Under the pieces are notes generated by a model. That model worked only from the letters and a program-made list of their open reading frames with translations. It did not search any database and was not told the origin of the DNA. A stretch of DNA of 64,000 bases from Octopus sinensis (lineage: Eukaryota), in assembly GCF_006345805.1 (NCBI RefSeq), contig NC_043024.1, forward strand, positions 18,166,001 through 18,230,000. Direction: 5' to 3'. Below are positions 52,199 through 64,000 of this stretch, in pieces. Position numbers and translations under genes: made by a program. Numbering within the stretch: position 1 is the first letter of the stretch; each line of letters starts with the position of its first letter.

Positions 52199-52980
52199 AA
52201 ACTGCACAAAATCCTGTCAGACAGAAAGTATCTGGTTTGGGGGGATGGCCAAGGAGGATCTATAAGTTGTTCCAATTTTATAGCACCACAAAACAGTAAG
52301 CTGCAGAATCAAAAACACACCAGACAAAATTCTTAGTGAGATTCTTTCAATCTTGGTTTCAAATACAACCATAGTCATTTTTGCCTTTCAATGTTTCAAG
52401 GTCAATAAAATAAATACCAGTTGAGCAAAGAGGTCGGTATGGATATCTAGCCTCCTCCCCTAAATTTCAAGGTCTTGTACCTATAGTAGGAATAATTTAT
52501 CTACCACTATCACCACTGCTACTGCTACCACAAGTGACTCGCACTTCACTCTGGTGCAAGACATTCCATTGCAAGCATTTGGATAAAATCTCTGTTGCTA
52601 ACAAAGGAATAATTCTATGTGAGAGTGGGTGCATGCATACATACATACAGAGAGAGAGAGATGCATACATACATACATACTTACATACTTACATAGAGAG
52701 AAAGAGAGAGATACATACATACATACATAGAGAGAGATATATATACATACATACTTACATAGAGAGACAGAGAGAGAGAGAGATGCATACATACATACAT
52801 ACATATGTGTGTGTGTGTGTATGAAATAGTACTTGGCATAGTAATGTTGTCAATATTGTTGCCACACTTCTGATGTTGTTGTTCATGTTATTGCCCACTT
52901 CCTCTCCACCCCCGCTTCATCCTGGCCCACTGGCCTATTTCCAATACACAATACACATTGTTTACATAAACACAAAAAAC

Positions 52981-53030
<50 letters not shown>

Positions 53031-53310
53031 GGATAAGGATAAAAGTCAACCAAAGTAAGAGACAGATTATGGTGCAGAGAGTGAAGTGGCAGAGACGGTG
53101 GGATGGGATTGTTGCAGAAGGACTGGCCTTTGTTGTTGATGTTGCTGTTGTTGTTGAACTGATTTACTTCACATGCATGCTGCGTGTTTAATCTGGAAAA
53201 ATTAATCTGATTAGAAGCATATCTGAGAAGCTTTCACTCATAAAGCAAAGTTTTGAATATCATCATCATCATCATCATCATCATTTAACGTCCGCTTTCC
53301 ATGCTAGCAT

Positions 53311-53366
<56 letters not shown>

Positions 53367-55623
53367 GTAAAAGATGATAAAAAGATTATTTGTTATGTGT
53401 TTGTTGGTTTTTATTTGTCTATATTTGTTTAGCTTCCTCGAGGTTATCCTAGGTGTGAGGGGCATGATGCAGGCACTTTCTGCATATTTGTCAATATGTG
53501 TGTATGTAAATACACACACACATACACATAAATATATCGAAATTGTGATATTTGGTCAATAACTGATGAGGAATAGAGGATTTGAGCCTGTCCACATCCA
53601 CTGTGTGCCTTACCTGTTTCTCCACACATCCCTTGCTCACCCTTGTACTAGATTTTTATTATATATCAAATATGTATGTGTGTGTGAGTGCATGCATGCA
53701 TTAGTATGTGGATCTCTATCTTTCTATATATATATATATACACATATATACACACACACACACATTCATGCATATATACATGCATACATATATACATTCA
53801 TACATAAATACACACACACACACACACCATTTATACGCATAAATCTGCTTACTTTGAATTATATGTAAACATATTCATACTCCTACAAGTCATTTTGTAG
53901 GATGCGTGTATTTATATCTGTGTGAGTGTATTTACACAAACATATACAATATAAACTAGATTTATTAATTAATACATAAACACATACACACACACGAATA
54001 CATAATGAACGTCTTGGGACAAATCCAAACTGATAATTCCCAAAAGTGATGAAATTCAACATCAAATTCAGCGTTATTTTGACCATGATCAGAAGCAGTG
54101 CAGAACTACTGTGTATTTAACCACAACAACAACAATGAAAGGATAAAATAATTATGATTTCATTTATTTGCCACCAGGGCGAAGGATGAAAGAGACAATA
54201 CAAAGACAGATATAAAGTGTAAGGGTTTACATATAATGAAATGATAAAATAATTAAATAACACAAAAAAATTATTTTTAATTTTAAAAAATGTAAGCATA
54301 CACGGTATACAATCAAAAGGAAGTGAAATATACATAGTATAAAAAGAAGAGGGGACGGATGATAGAGTATAATGATGATGATGATGGTGGTGATGATAAA
54401 AATAATAATAATAATAGTAATAAGAATAACAATAATGGTAATGATTTCCGACATCGGCACAAGGCCAGGAATTTAGGTAGAATGGTTTAATCGATTAAAT
54501 CAATCACAGAACTTAACTGCAACTTAGTTTTATCAAATCTGGGAGGATGATTTGAACTCCTGATACGCTACAAGGTATACAATGGGGAAGATGAGAGTTA
54601 ACACTTGACTCCCACCACAAGGGGCACTCCCAGGTGATATCCTGTCACCGATAGGTGAAGTGAGGTTATCTATGATAATAAACACAAAATTCTGTCCATC
54701 CGTCCGTCTGCCTGGGACCCCTGTATCTCAATCTACATATGCTCTACACAGACATATTATACCATTTTGGAATCAGGATGATCCCAGCATTGAAAATATG
54801 CCCTTTATCTGGTTCTTGAACATCCAGCATTGGGATCAGGTCTGGATGGGGATTTGTTATATGTTAACAGCTGAATATTCAAATTTTAAAAGAACTCAAA
54901 AAATGTGTGAACTTAAAGTTTTTCATGTAAACTGAATTTAAAGGAATACCATATTAGTAGAACGCTTTGAGTTCAAATTCCGCCAAGGTCAACTTTGTCT
55001 TTCATCCTTTCGAGATCAATAAATTAAGTACCAGTTGCATACTAGGGTCGATCTAATCGACTAGCCCCCTCCCCCAAAACTTCAGGCCTTGTGCCTAGAG
55101 TAGGAAAGATTATTATTGTTCTCATTAGTTTTGGGCTTCAGGCCAAATTAACCCTCTGCCGGAGCTAGCTTAGAAAATTGCACAGAGTGTGGCTTTTAAG
55201 GTAATGTAGAATAGACTGTTCTGCCCAGTAACAATAACAATATTCTCACAACAGATTCAAAATAATGATTCATTTAGTATGTAATCCTGGTCTTAACCTC
55301 TGAACTATTATTGTCGCATTTATGACAAATCTTAATCATCCATCATCCCAGTTAGGTTATTGAACTATCAGTAAACACTTCATTCTCTTTTATTCTTTTA
55401 CTTGTTTCAGTCATTTGACTGCAGCCATGCTGGAGCACCACCTTAAAGTGTTTTTTGGTTGAAGAGATCGACCCCAGGACTTATTCTTTGTAAGTCTAGC
55501 ACTTACTCTATTGGTCTCTTTTGCCAAACGACTAAATTACAGGGATGTAAACACACCAACATTAGTTGTCAAGTGATGGTGAGGGAGACAAATACAGACA
55601 CAAAGACATAAATATATACATAC

Positions 55624-55713
<90 letters not shown>

Positions 55714-56097
55714 AATAGGCGCAGGCATGGTTGTGTGGTAAGAAACTTGCTTCTCAACCACATGGTTCTGGGTTCAGTCCCACTGTGTGGCAAGTGTCTT
55801 CTACTATATCCTAGGGCTGACCAAAGCCTTGTGAGTGGATATGGTAGACAGAAACTAAAAGAAGCCCATTGTGTATAAATATGTATATATTTGTGTGCTT
55901 TTCCCTCCACCATTGCTTGACAACTGATCTTGGTGTGTTTATGTCCCTGTAACTTAGCGGTTTGTCAAAAGAGGCTGATAGAATATGTACCAGGCTTACA
56001 AAGAAGAAGTCTAGGGGTCAATTTCTTTGATGAAAAGACAGTTCTCCAGTATGGCCACAATCAAAATGACTGAAACAAGTAAAAGTATATATATATA

Positions 56098-57437
56098 CTA
56101 GCATTATGACCCGTTGTTGCAGGGTCATAGTGCTAGTGCATGTATATATGTGTATATATATGTGTACATATTACATGTACATCTATATATATACATCTAC
56201 ATATAAAATACAAAGTTATATCTTGATATCGCTAATGATAACAATACTCAAAATATATAATAGACTGGAATTGTTAGCCCGTCTCTTGTAATTTCAATCA
56301 ATTGTATCTTGTCCTCCCTCTTGTATAGACGGGTGGCTACAATCCAGCCTACCTCAACTTCTGGGGTGGGGGAACATTTTAAATTTTTATCCGGCACGTC
56401 CTACGTCCCAGATATAAAGGTAAAAATAAAATATTTCCACTTTGCAAATTCGAGTCGAGTACTCCCTTGCACGCTCTGTTGACTCGAACCTTGCTTCTAT
56501 TGTGGCAAATTTACCGCCTCTGGTTTCATAGTTGCACCAAGACACTTTTCAATGGTGCTTTCCTCCAGGTGTTCAAATCTTCTTTTTTCTCTACATTGTA
56601 TACTTTATAGACAATAGTCTTTTCTTTAATTTAATTTTTTATTATCCATCTGGACTATTCCATTTCTGCACGCTAATTTTATTTTTAATCTATTCCCATT
56701 CATATGAAACCACTTATTCAAGTTCAAGTCATTGATGCAATTTTATACCAATTGCTATTTTTACTTTTGTTATGTTACGATTATATTATACTTTAGTTTG
56801 ATTTTAATTATTACTTACTACATATAATTCAATTGTTATCATTATTTTTATTGTTAAAGCGCAGGAGTGGCTGTGTGGTAAGTAGCTTGCTAACCGACCA
56901 CATGGTTCCGGGTTCAGTCCCACTGCGTGGCATCTTGGGCAAGTGTCTTCTGCTATAGCCTCAGGCCGACCAATGCCTTGTGAGTGAATTTGGTAGACGG
57001 AAACTGAAAGAAGCCTGTCGTATATATGTATATATATATGTATGTGTATGTATATGTTTGTGTGTCTGTGTTTGTCCCTCTAGCATTGCTTGACAACCGA
57101 TGCTGGTGTGTTTACGTCCCCATCACTTAGCGGTTCGGCAAAAGAGACCGATAGAATAAGTATTGGGCATACAAAGAATAAGTAAAAGAGTAAAGAGTAT
57201 CTGACATAAAATAGAGAAATGTTTTTGTTTCACTTTTAACACGTAATACTGAAATAGTGGAGAAGATATGGGCTCGCTCTAGGCAAGAAGTTGAACATTT
57301 TTTTTGCCGATGACACTCCCCGGACCCTAAGTAAGGCACGTGTAAAATTTGAATGAAATTGGTTGTGTAGTTCTCAAGTTTTAGGGAAACACACAGACAG
57401 ACAGACAGACACACATTCTCAGTTTTATATATAGAGA
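56098..57437 (-). mobile_element. Non-autonomous Helitron, apparently full length, with a SINE nested at 56862-57195
   Basis: 5' TCTCTATATATAAAA at 57437; 3' hairpin TATGACCC/GGGTCATA (56105-56129) followed by CTAG; inserted between A and T. Confidence 0.8.
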
Positions 57438-57697
57438 TAATTATATAAGGGTAGAAATTGATATTAATCAATTAAAACCAGTGGCCTAGCATATTTTTAA
57501 AAAATCCGAAGATTAAAAATTTTTTTACATACAAAATTTAGAGGACTGACCACTAAAAGTGGACAGCCTATATGCTAGATATAAAAATCAAATCGCCATT
57601 TTCCACGAAGAATGTGTTCTCAAGAAAAACTCAGCAAAAAACCAAACTGTAAAAATAAGCAAGACAAATAAAAATATACGAAATAAAAAATGATTAC

Positions 57698-57772
57698 CTA
57701 TGTATTAATTAGTTTCACTTGTTAATATTTACGTATATGGACATGCAAACATCTGCAAGATCATCAGCATAG
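57698..57772 (-). ncRNA. Type I hammerhead motif, core intact, two flanking mismatches
   Basis: Minus strand reads CUAUG CUGAUGA UCUUG..CAAGU GAAA CUAAUUAA UA CAUAG; stem I is a perfect 5 bp. Lies between 34-bp inverted repeats at 57544-57577 and 57826-57859. Confidence 0.72.
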
Positions 57773-57857
57773 TCTGTCGGTTACAAAACACAATTTCCAG
57801 AACTAGATACAGAATGCTCAACCAATAGCATATAGGCTATCCACTTTTAGTGGTCAG

Positions 57858-58813
57858 TCATCGTTTAGAGTCCATTCTCCATGCTAGCATGGGTTGGACG
57901 GTTCGACCAGGATCTGGGAAGCCAGAAGGCTGCACCAGGCTCCAGTCTGATCTGGCAGTATTTCTACAGCTGGATGCCCTTCCTAATGCCAACCACTCCA
58001 TGAGTGTAGTGGGTGCTTTTTACATGCCACCGGCACAGGTGCCAGGCGAGGCTGGCAATGGCCACGATCGGATTGGTGCTTTTTACGTGCCGCCAGCACG
58101 GAAGCCAGTCAAGGCAACGCTGGCATTGGCCACGTTTGGCTAGTGCTTTTTACGTGCCACCGGCACGGAACCCAGTCAAGGCAGCACTGGCATCAGCCAT
58201 GTTCGGATGGTGCTTTTTATGTGCCACCGGCACAGGGATCACAGCTACAATTTCCATTGATTTTTGATTTTGGTGTACTTGACTCAATAGGTCTCCTCAA
58301 GCACAGGGTCGAAACGGTGTTTCTTTACTTGCCACCTGCACAGGAGTCAGTCCAGCGGCACTGGCAACTGCCAGGTGCCAGTCATAGGATTGGTTCAATT
58401 TCGATTCCAATTTCACTTGCCTCAACAGATCTTCATAAGCAGAGTTTAGTGCCCAATGAAGGGAGGTTGGCATGGGTGCCAGTCACCAGATGAGGTTCGA
58501 TTTCGAATTTAATTTCGACTTCACTTGCCTCAACAGGTCTTCGTGTGTCCAAGGAAGGAAAGGCAAGCATAAGTGGGCTGGCTACATCCCTGGCAAGGGA
58601 CACAGGATGGACTCACTTGTCCTGTCGGGTCTTCTCACGCACAGCATATTTCCAAAGGTCTCGGTCACTAGTCATTGCCTCGGTGAGGCCTAATGTTCGA
58701 AGGTCGTGCTTCACCACCTCGTCCCAGGTTTTCCTGGGTCTACCTCTTCCATGGGTTCCCTCAACCGCTAGGGATTGGCACTTTTTCACACACCTATCTT
58801 CATCCATTCTCAC

Positions 58814-58817
<4 letters not shown>
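57858..58817 (-). mobile_element. RTE LINE 3' fragment with lengthened 3' UTR
   Basis: Minus ORF 58613-58816 has GRGRPRKTWDEVVKHDL; 3' UTR with about four tandem units and extra modules. Confidence 0.9.
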
Positions 58818-58896
<79 letters not shown>

Positions 58897-58900
<4 letters not shown>

Positions 58901-61707
58901 CAGGACTAAGAGGACAACCAGAAGACGATCAGCATGGAGAAGAAGGATCTGAAAGCTTAAAGATCCTGTGAATGGACAGAGATTTAGGGACATGCTACTT
59001 GAAGCCTTTGACAAAGTAGAAGGGGATACAGTATCACATGGCAACTGGACGTTTCTAAGGGACAACCTGCTGAGAGCCACTGACCAGATCTGTGGCTGGT
59101 GCAAAGTCCCCTCTCGTCCCAAGGTAACATGGTGGTGGAACAATGTTGTAGACAGGGTTATTAGAGAAAAGAGACAGGCTTGGAAGGACTGGAGGAATGG
59201 TGGTAGCAGGGAATTGTATCAGACTGCCAAAAGGGAAGCTAGGAGACAGGTCTATCTAGCCAGAGGGGAAGCAGATAAGAAAAAATTTGCCAATGTTCTG
59301 CGCCGTGAGGACTGGAGGTGTTTCGTGTTTCAAGACAGTGTGTGAGAGAGAATTGTGATGTTGTAGTAGAGAAGTGTGTTCGCATGGAAGATGGTTCACT
59401 TGCGCTAAATGAGGATGCAAAGAGAGAGGTTTGGAGACGCCACTATGAAAGGTTGCTGAATAAAGAAAATGAATGGGATAAAGAGAGTCTGCCGAATGTT
59501 GACCCAACAGAGGGACCAGCTATCCGAGTTGACAGTTCCTTGGTAGTTAAGGCAATTAGAAGCATGAAGACAGGGAAAGCCCCAGGCCCATCAGGTATCA
59601 CTGCAGAGATGCTCAAAATATCCGGCAGTGTCAGCTATAGCCTAGTCACCCGTATAGTTAATCAGGTGATACATGAAGGGGTAATACCCAATGACTGGTG
59701 TAGCAGCATAATAGTCAACTACTACAAAGGTAAAGGTGATGCCCTAGATACAAATAATTACAGAGGCATCAAGCTGTTGGATCAGGTAATGAAGGTTATG
59801 GAGAGGGTCATAGCCCAACTAATTAGAGAGAGAGTTAGTTTAGATGAGATGCAGTTTGGGTTCGTGCCAGGGAAAAGTACCACTGATGCTATATTCCTGG
59901 TAAAGCAGCTGCAGGAGAAATACCTAGCCAAAGATAAGCCCCTGTACCTGGCTTTTGTTCACATGGAGAAAGCCTTCGACAGGGTCCCCCGATCCCTTAT
60001 CTGGTGGTCAATGAGGAAACTAGGGATAGATGAATGGTTAGTGAGAGCTGTGCAAGCCATGTACAGGGACGCTGCTAGTAAGGTGAGGGTTGGCAACATG
60101 TACAGTGAAGAATTCCGGGTAGAGGTAGGGGTCCACCAAGGCTCAGTCCTCAGCCCCCTCCTATTTATCATAGTCCTCCAGGCAATAACGGAGGAATTCA
60201 AGACAAGATGCCCTTGGGAGCTCCTCTATGCTGATGACCTTGCTCTAATTGCTGAGTCACTATCAGAACTGGAGGAGAGGTTTCAGGTGTGGAAGCAAGG
60301 ATTAGAATCGAAGGGCTTTAGAGTCAATCTAGCTAAAACCAAAGTCCTAATAAGTAGGAAGGTAGACAAATCACAAACGCCTTCAGGTAGATGGCCCTGC
60401 TCGATCTGTAGAAAAGGTGTAGGTAGAAACTCTATAAGATGCACGAAGTGTAAGCTATGGACACATAAGAGGTGCAGCAATGTCAAAGGAAGGCTAACTA
60501 GGAAGATAGTTTTTGTATGTGGCAGATGCTCAGAAACAATAAACACTGGAAATGCTCTGAGACCAACTTCTGTCACTTTCCAGGGGAAAAAACTAGAAAT
60601 AGTTGATAGCTTCCGTTACCTAGGTGACCAAGTCAGTAGCTGGGATGGGTGTGCTGAAAGTGTAACTGCTAGAGTAAGAATAGCTTGGGCAAAGTTCAGG
60701 GAGCTCTTACCTCTGCTGGTGACAAAAGGCCTCTCGCTCAGAGCAAAAGGCAGACTGTATGACGTGTGTGTACGAACAGCCATGCTACATGGCAGTGAAA
60801 CATGGGCCATGACTGCTGAGGATATGCGTAAGCTCGCAAGAAATGAAGCCAGTATGCTCCGATGGATGTGTAATGTCAGTGTTCATACTCGACAGAGTGT
60901 AAGTACCTTGAGAGAAAAGCTGGACCTAAGAAGCATCAGATGTGGTGTGCAAGAGAGACGTTTGCGCTGGTATGGTCATGTGGCAAGAATGGATGAAGAT
61001 AGTTGTGTGAAAAAGTGTCACACCCTAGTGGTTGAGGGAAACCTGTGGAAGAGGCAGACCCAGGAAAACCTGGGACGAGGTGGTGAAGCACGACCTTCGA
61101 ACTTTAGGTCTCACTGAGGAAATGACTAGAGACCAAGACCTCTGGAAGTATGCTGTGCGTGAGAAGACCCGGCAGGACAAGTGAGACCATAACCCGTGGC
61201 CTTCTACATGGGATGTAGCCAGTCCACTTATGCATACCTTCCCTTCTTGGGACACAAAACTCTACTTGTGAAGACCTGTTGAGGCAAGTGAGAATCAGAA
61301 TCAAAATCGATCAATGGAAATTGCAGCTGAGATACCAGTGCCGGTGGCATGTGAGAGAACCATCCGAACGTAGCCGTTGCCAGCGCCGCCCCGACTGGCC
61401 TCGTGCCGGTGGCACGTAAAAAGCGCCATCCATTCGTGACCATTGCCAGCCCCACCTGGCCCCCGTGCCGGTGGCACATAAAAAGCACCATCCGATCATG
61501 GCCGTTTGCCAGACTCGTCTGGCACGTAAAAAGCACCCACTACACTCATGGAGTGGTTGGCGTTAGGAAGGGCATCCAGCCGTAGAAACATTGCCAGATC
61601 AGACTGGAGCCTGGTGCAGTCTCCTGGCTTCTCATACCCTGGTCGAACTGTCCAACCCATGCTAGCATGGAAAGTGGATGCTAAACGATGATGATGATGA
61701 TGATGAT
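58897..61707 (+). mobile_element. RTE-clade non-LTR retrotransposon, 5'-truncated, frameshifted
   Basis: ORFs 58968-59345 and 59318-61117 carry RT motifs GKAPGPSG, NYRGIKLL, QFGFVPGKSTTDA, MEKAFDRVP, GVHQGSVLSPLLF, LLYADDLAL and the RTE C-terminus RRLRWYGHV. 3' UTR ends in a (GAT)n tail. No endonuclease domain. Confidence 0.95.
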
Positions 61708-63449
61708 ATACAACAAGCTTCTTTCTATTTACCAAATCCACTCACAAGGCTTTGGTCAGCCTAAGGCTATAGTAGAAGAGACACTTGCCCAAGGTTCCAC
61801 ACAGTGGGACTGAACCTGGAACCATGTGGTTAGGAAGTAAGCTTCTTGACGGAAAAAAAGGGGAGGGCAAAGCAGTAGAAGATGGAGAAACAGGTGTGAT
61901 GGGTCACGGAGAATGGCTGGCACTATTCACTACAGTAGCCACTCCACGTCATGGAGCTCATTTCTCCAATTGACCATGGAGGAAATCGGTGGTACAGGGT
62001 CCTAACACACTCAACATCTCAACGGCAGCTGGCAGAAACCGATAGCAAATGAATATAACTCTTCCTCTAACAGATGCCCCAGTTGAGTGATATGACAAGT
62101 GCCTTGCTTGGGTTTCAGCCATCTTAGTATTTTTGATAACTAGGCTTCTGCCTGGCCAGCTCATGAAATTTTTTTTCCACAAGAGTTCTGGACTCATTTG
62201 CATACAGCCAATCAGATCTCAACTATCAAACTAACTTATAAGTGCATAACAAGTGATGGGTGATAAGATAAGGTCCCTTGGGTAAGGAATGACCATGCTT
62301 GTTTTCTCTTTTAATAATCCTTGTTGTTCTTGTTCTTCTTTCAACCAACGCTGTCTCTGCATAGTTATTTGTGTTGTTGTTTACTTTCTAAAACATTAAG
62401 GGGAGAGGGTTGCTAGCACATCACCCTCTACCCACATTTTTCCCATCCACATCTTTACCATATGGGGCCCTAACAAAATCTGATAATAGGTATAGATGTG
62501 AATCTATCTAATTACTTGTCTCCTAAAAATCAGGCATAACTTGGTGATTGGTCAACTTACAATACCATTATTCATCTTGAGTTTATTTGGCAACAAGGTC
62601 AAGGTGAGCTCTGATTGGCTGTATGCAAATGAGTTCATTACTCTCGTAGGAAAAAAAATTTTGCAGCTGGCTCTTGTTAAACCATCCCACCTATGTCAGC
62701 ATGGAAGGCAGATGTTAAACAATGATGATGAAGATGATGATGTACACCACAACTAGAGATGAGGGCAGTAGTTCACTAACTGAATTAGTCGATCCAGTCA
62801 CAAGTCACTTTGTTGTCTGTTCATCCACTCAGCCTCTAGAAATATATGCCATTGATTCAATCAGGCCATCATCGCCATCGTCATTCTTTAATGTTTGCTT
62901 TCCATGCTGGGACAGGTTGGATGGTTTGACATAGAGCTGACAAGCACAGTAGTCTAGTATGTAATAAAATGTGTAAAAGCTTGACCGGGCTTAAAAGTCA
63001 TGTAAGGGCATCAATCATGGCATCAATCATGAATCATTTCAATAAGTCTTCTTGGCAATGGCTTTTCTCATGTAACAAGAATGCAGCTGTGGTGTATGTG
63101 TGTGTGTGTGTGTGTGTGCGTGTGTGTATGTCTTCCTTCACATCTACCATGCTGCATCCTCTGATTTCAACATACCCTGGCTCATATGATGACATTCTAT
63201 CTAACCCATAACTGGGTGTGACTTTAACCCTTTCGTTTCTGTTGAACTACCTTGCATTTCTTTCATTTAATTTTGAAAATAATAAAAGAATTTGGTGAAA
63301 TATCTCGGTCATTATTAATCTGGGTAAATGGAACATAAATTAACAAAGAATTTTAATGGGAAATTTTGATTTAGATCACTTAATATAGAAAGTTTGAGTC
63401 ATAAAAAGCAGGGGTGGTCTTGGGTAGGTTGGTAGCAAAAGGGTTGAAC

Positions 63450-63720
63450 AGCCTGCTGTTCTGGAGCTCTGGTCTGTGAGTTCCAGACTTTTGTGGAGTG
63501 TGAAATCACTTCTCAGCCACTTTTTTTCCCGGGTCTGTTCTGATAAATTCTTAATGGAATAGTTCAGCAGAGATGAATCATCTCAATATAAACCTGGAAG
63601 TAATAATCTGGCATTGCCATTTTGTAACAGTGTCTTTTACAATCTGTTCACTGTCCCATTCTGTACCACATTCCTTCATGTCTTTTACTGCGACACAACT
63701 ATAGCTTCTCTCAGTTAATA
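63450..63720 (-). mobile_element. Possible Ty3/Gypsy gag relic
   Basis: Frameshifted minus translation ..DDSSLLNYSIKNLSEQTREKKWLRSDFTLHKSLE loosely fits the gag D..TREKLL...DLTL.K.LE pattern; weak. Confidence 0.3.
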
Positions 63721-64000
63721 TCCTCAACACAGAGTTATAAATTCCATCAAAGTTGTTTTTTTTTTTCTTTCTCTCTCTGTAAATACAATAAAGTCATAAA
63801 AACACTAAAAGCTTCCTCCTGTTTCCATAAATTGCTTGAAGTAAAGTAAAAGATTAAATATGATAAAAACTACAAACGCAGAGTGCAACTGTGTCAAAGG
63901 GTTATGAGAGGGGATTTCTTGGAGAATTCACTTTGATTTCTCTAGATGTTACATTCATAGATACATGCTTAAATATGACAAACACATAGCATCAATCACA

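Overview
AT-rich eukaryotic genomic DNA. The SINE repertoire and microsatellite density point to a coleoid cephalopod (Octopus-like); this is an inference, with no database search. The only convincing host coding sequence is one 115-bp internal exon (43671-43785, +) encoding the start of a synaptotagmin C2B domain, most like Syt7, so most of the window is probably intron. The rest is mostly transposon-derived. It holds several 5'-truncated RTE LINEs whose ORF2 carries a C4HC3 (PHD-type) finger, a near-full-length dead R4/Dong LINE in an (AAT)n array, and CR1-group and CRE-like relics. It also holds non-autonomous Helitrons, mariner/Tc1/hAT/piggyBac derivatives, four tRNA-derived SINE families and long TA/CA/AAT microsatellites. 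Nearly all ORFs in the supplied track are microsatellite artefacts. The most interesting signals are at RNA level. Five sequence-unrelated type I hammerhead-ribozyme motifs are present; three sit in Penelope-like units whose 3' tail recurs inverted at the 5' flank, and one of those has a tRNA-like Pol III head. The RTE 3' UTR contains a variable-number 61/62-bp repeat (14 units in one copy) whose unit folds on paper into a compact H-type pseudoknot. Several large fold-back structures also occur. Coordinates were read by hand; repeat boundaries may be off by some bases.
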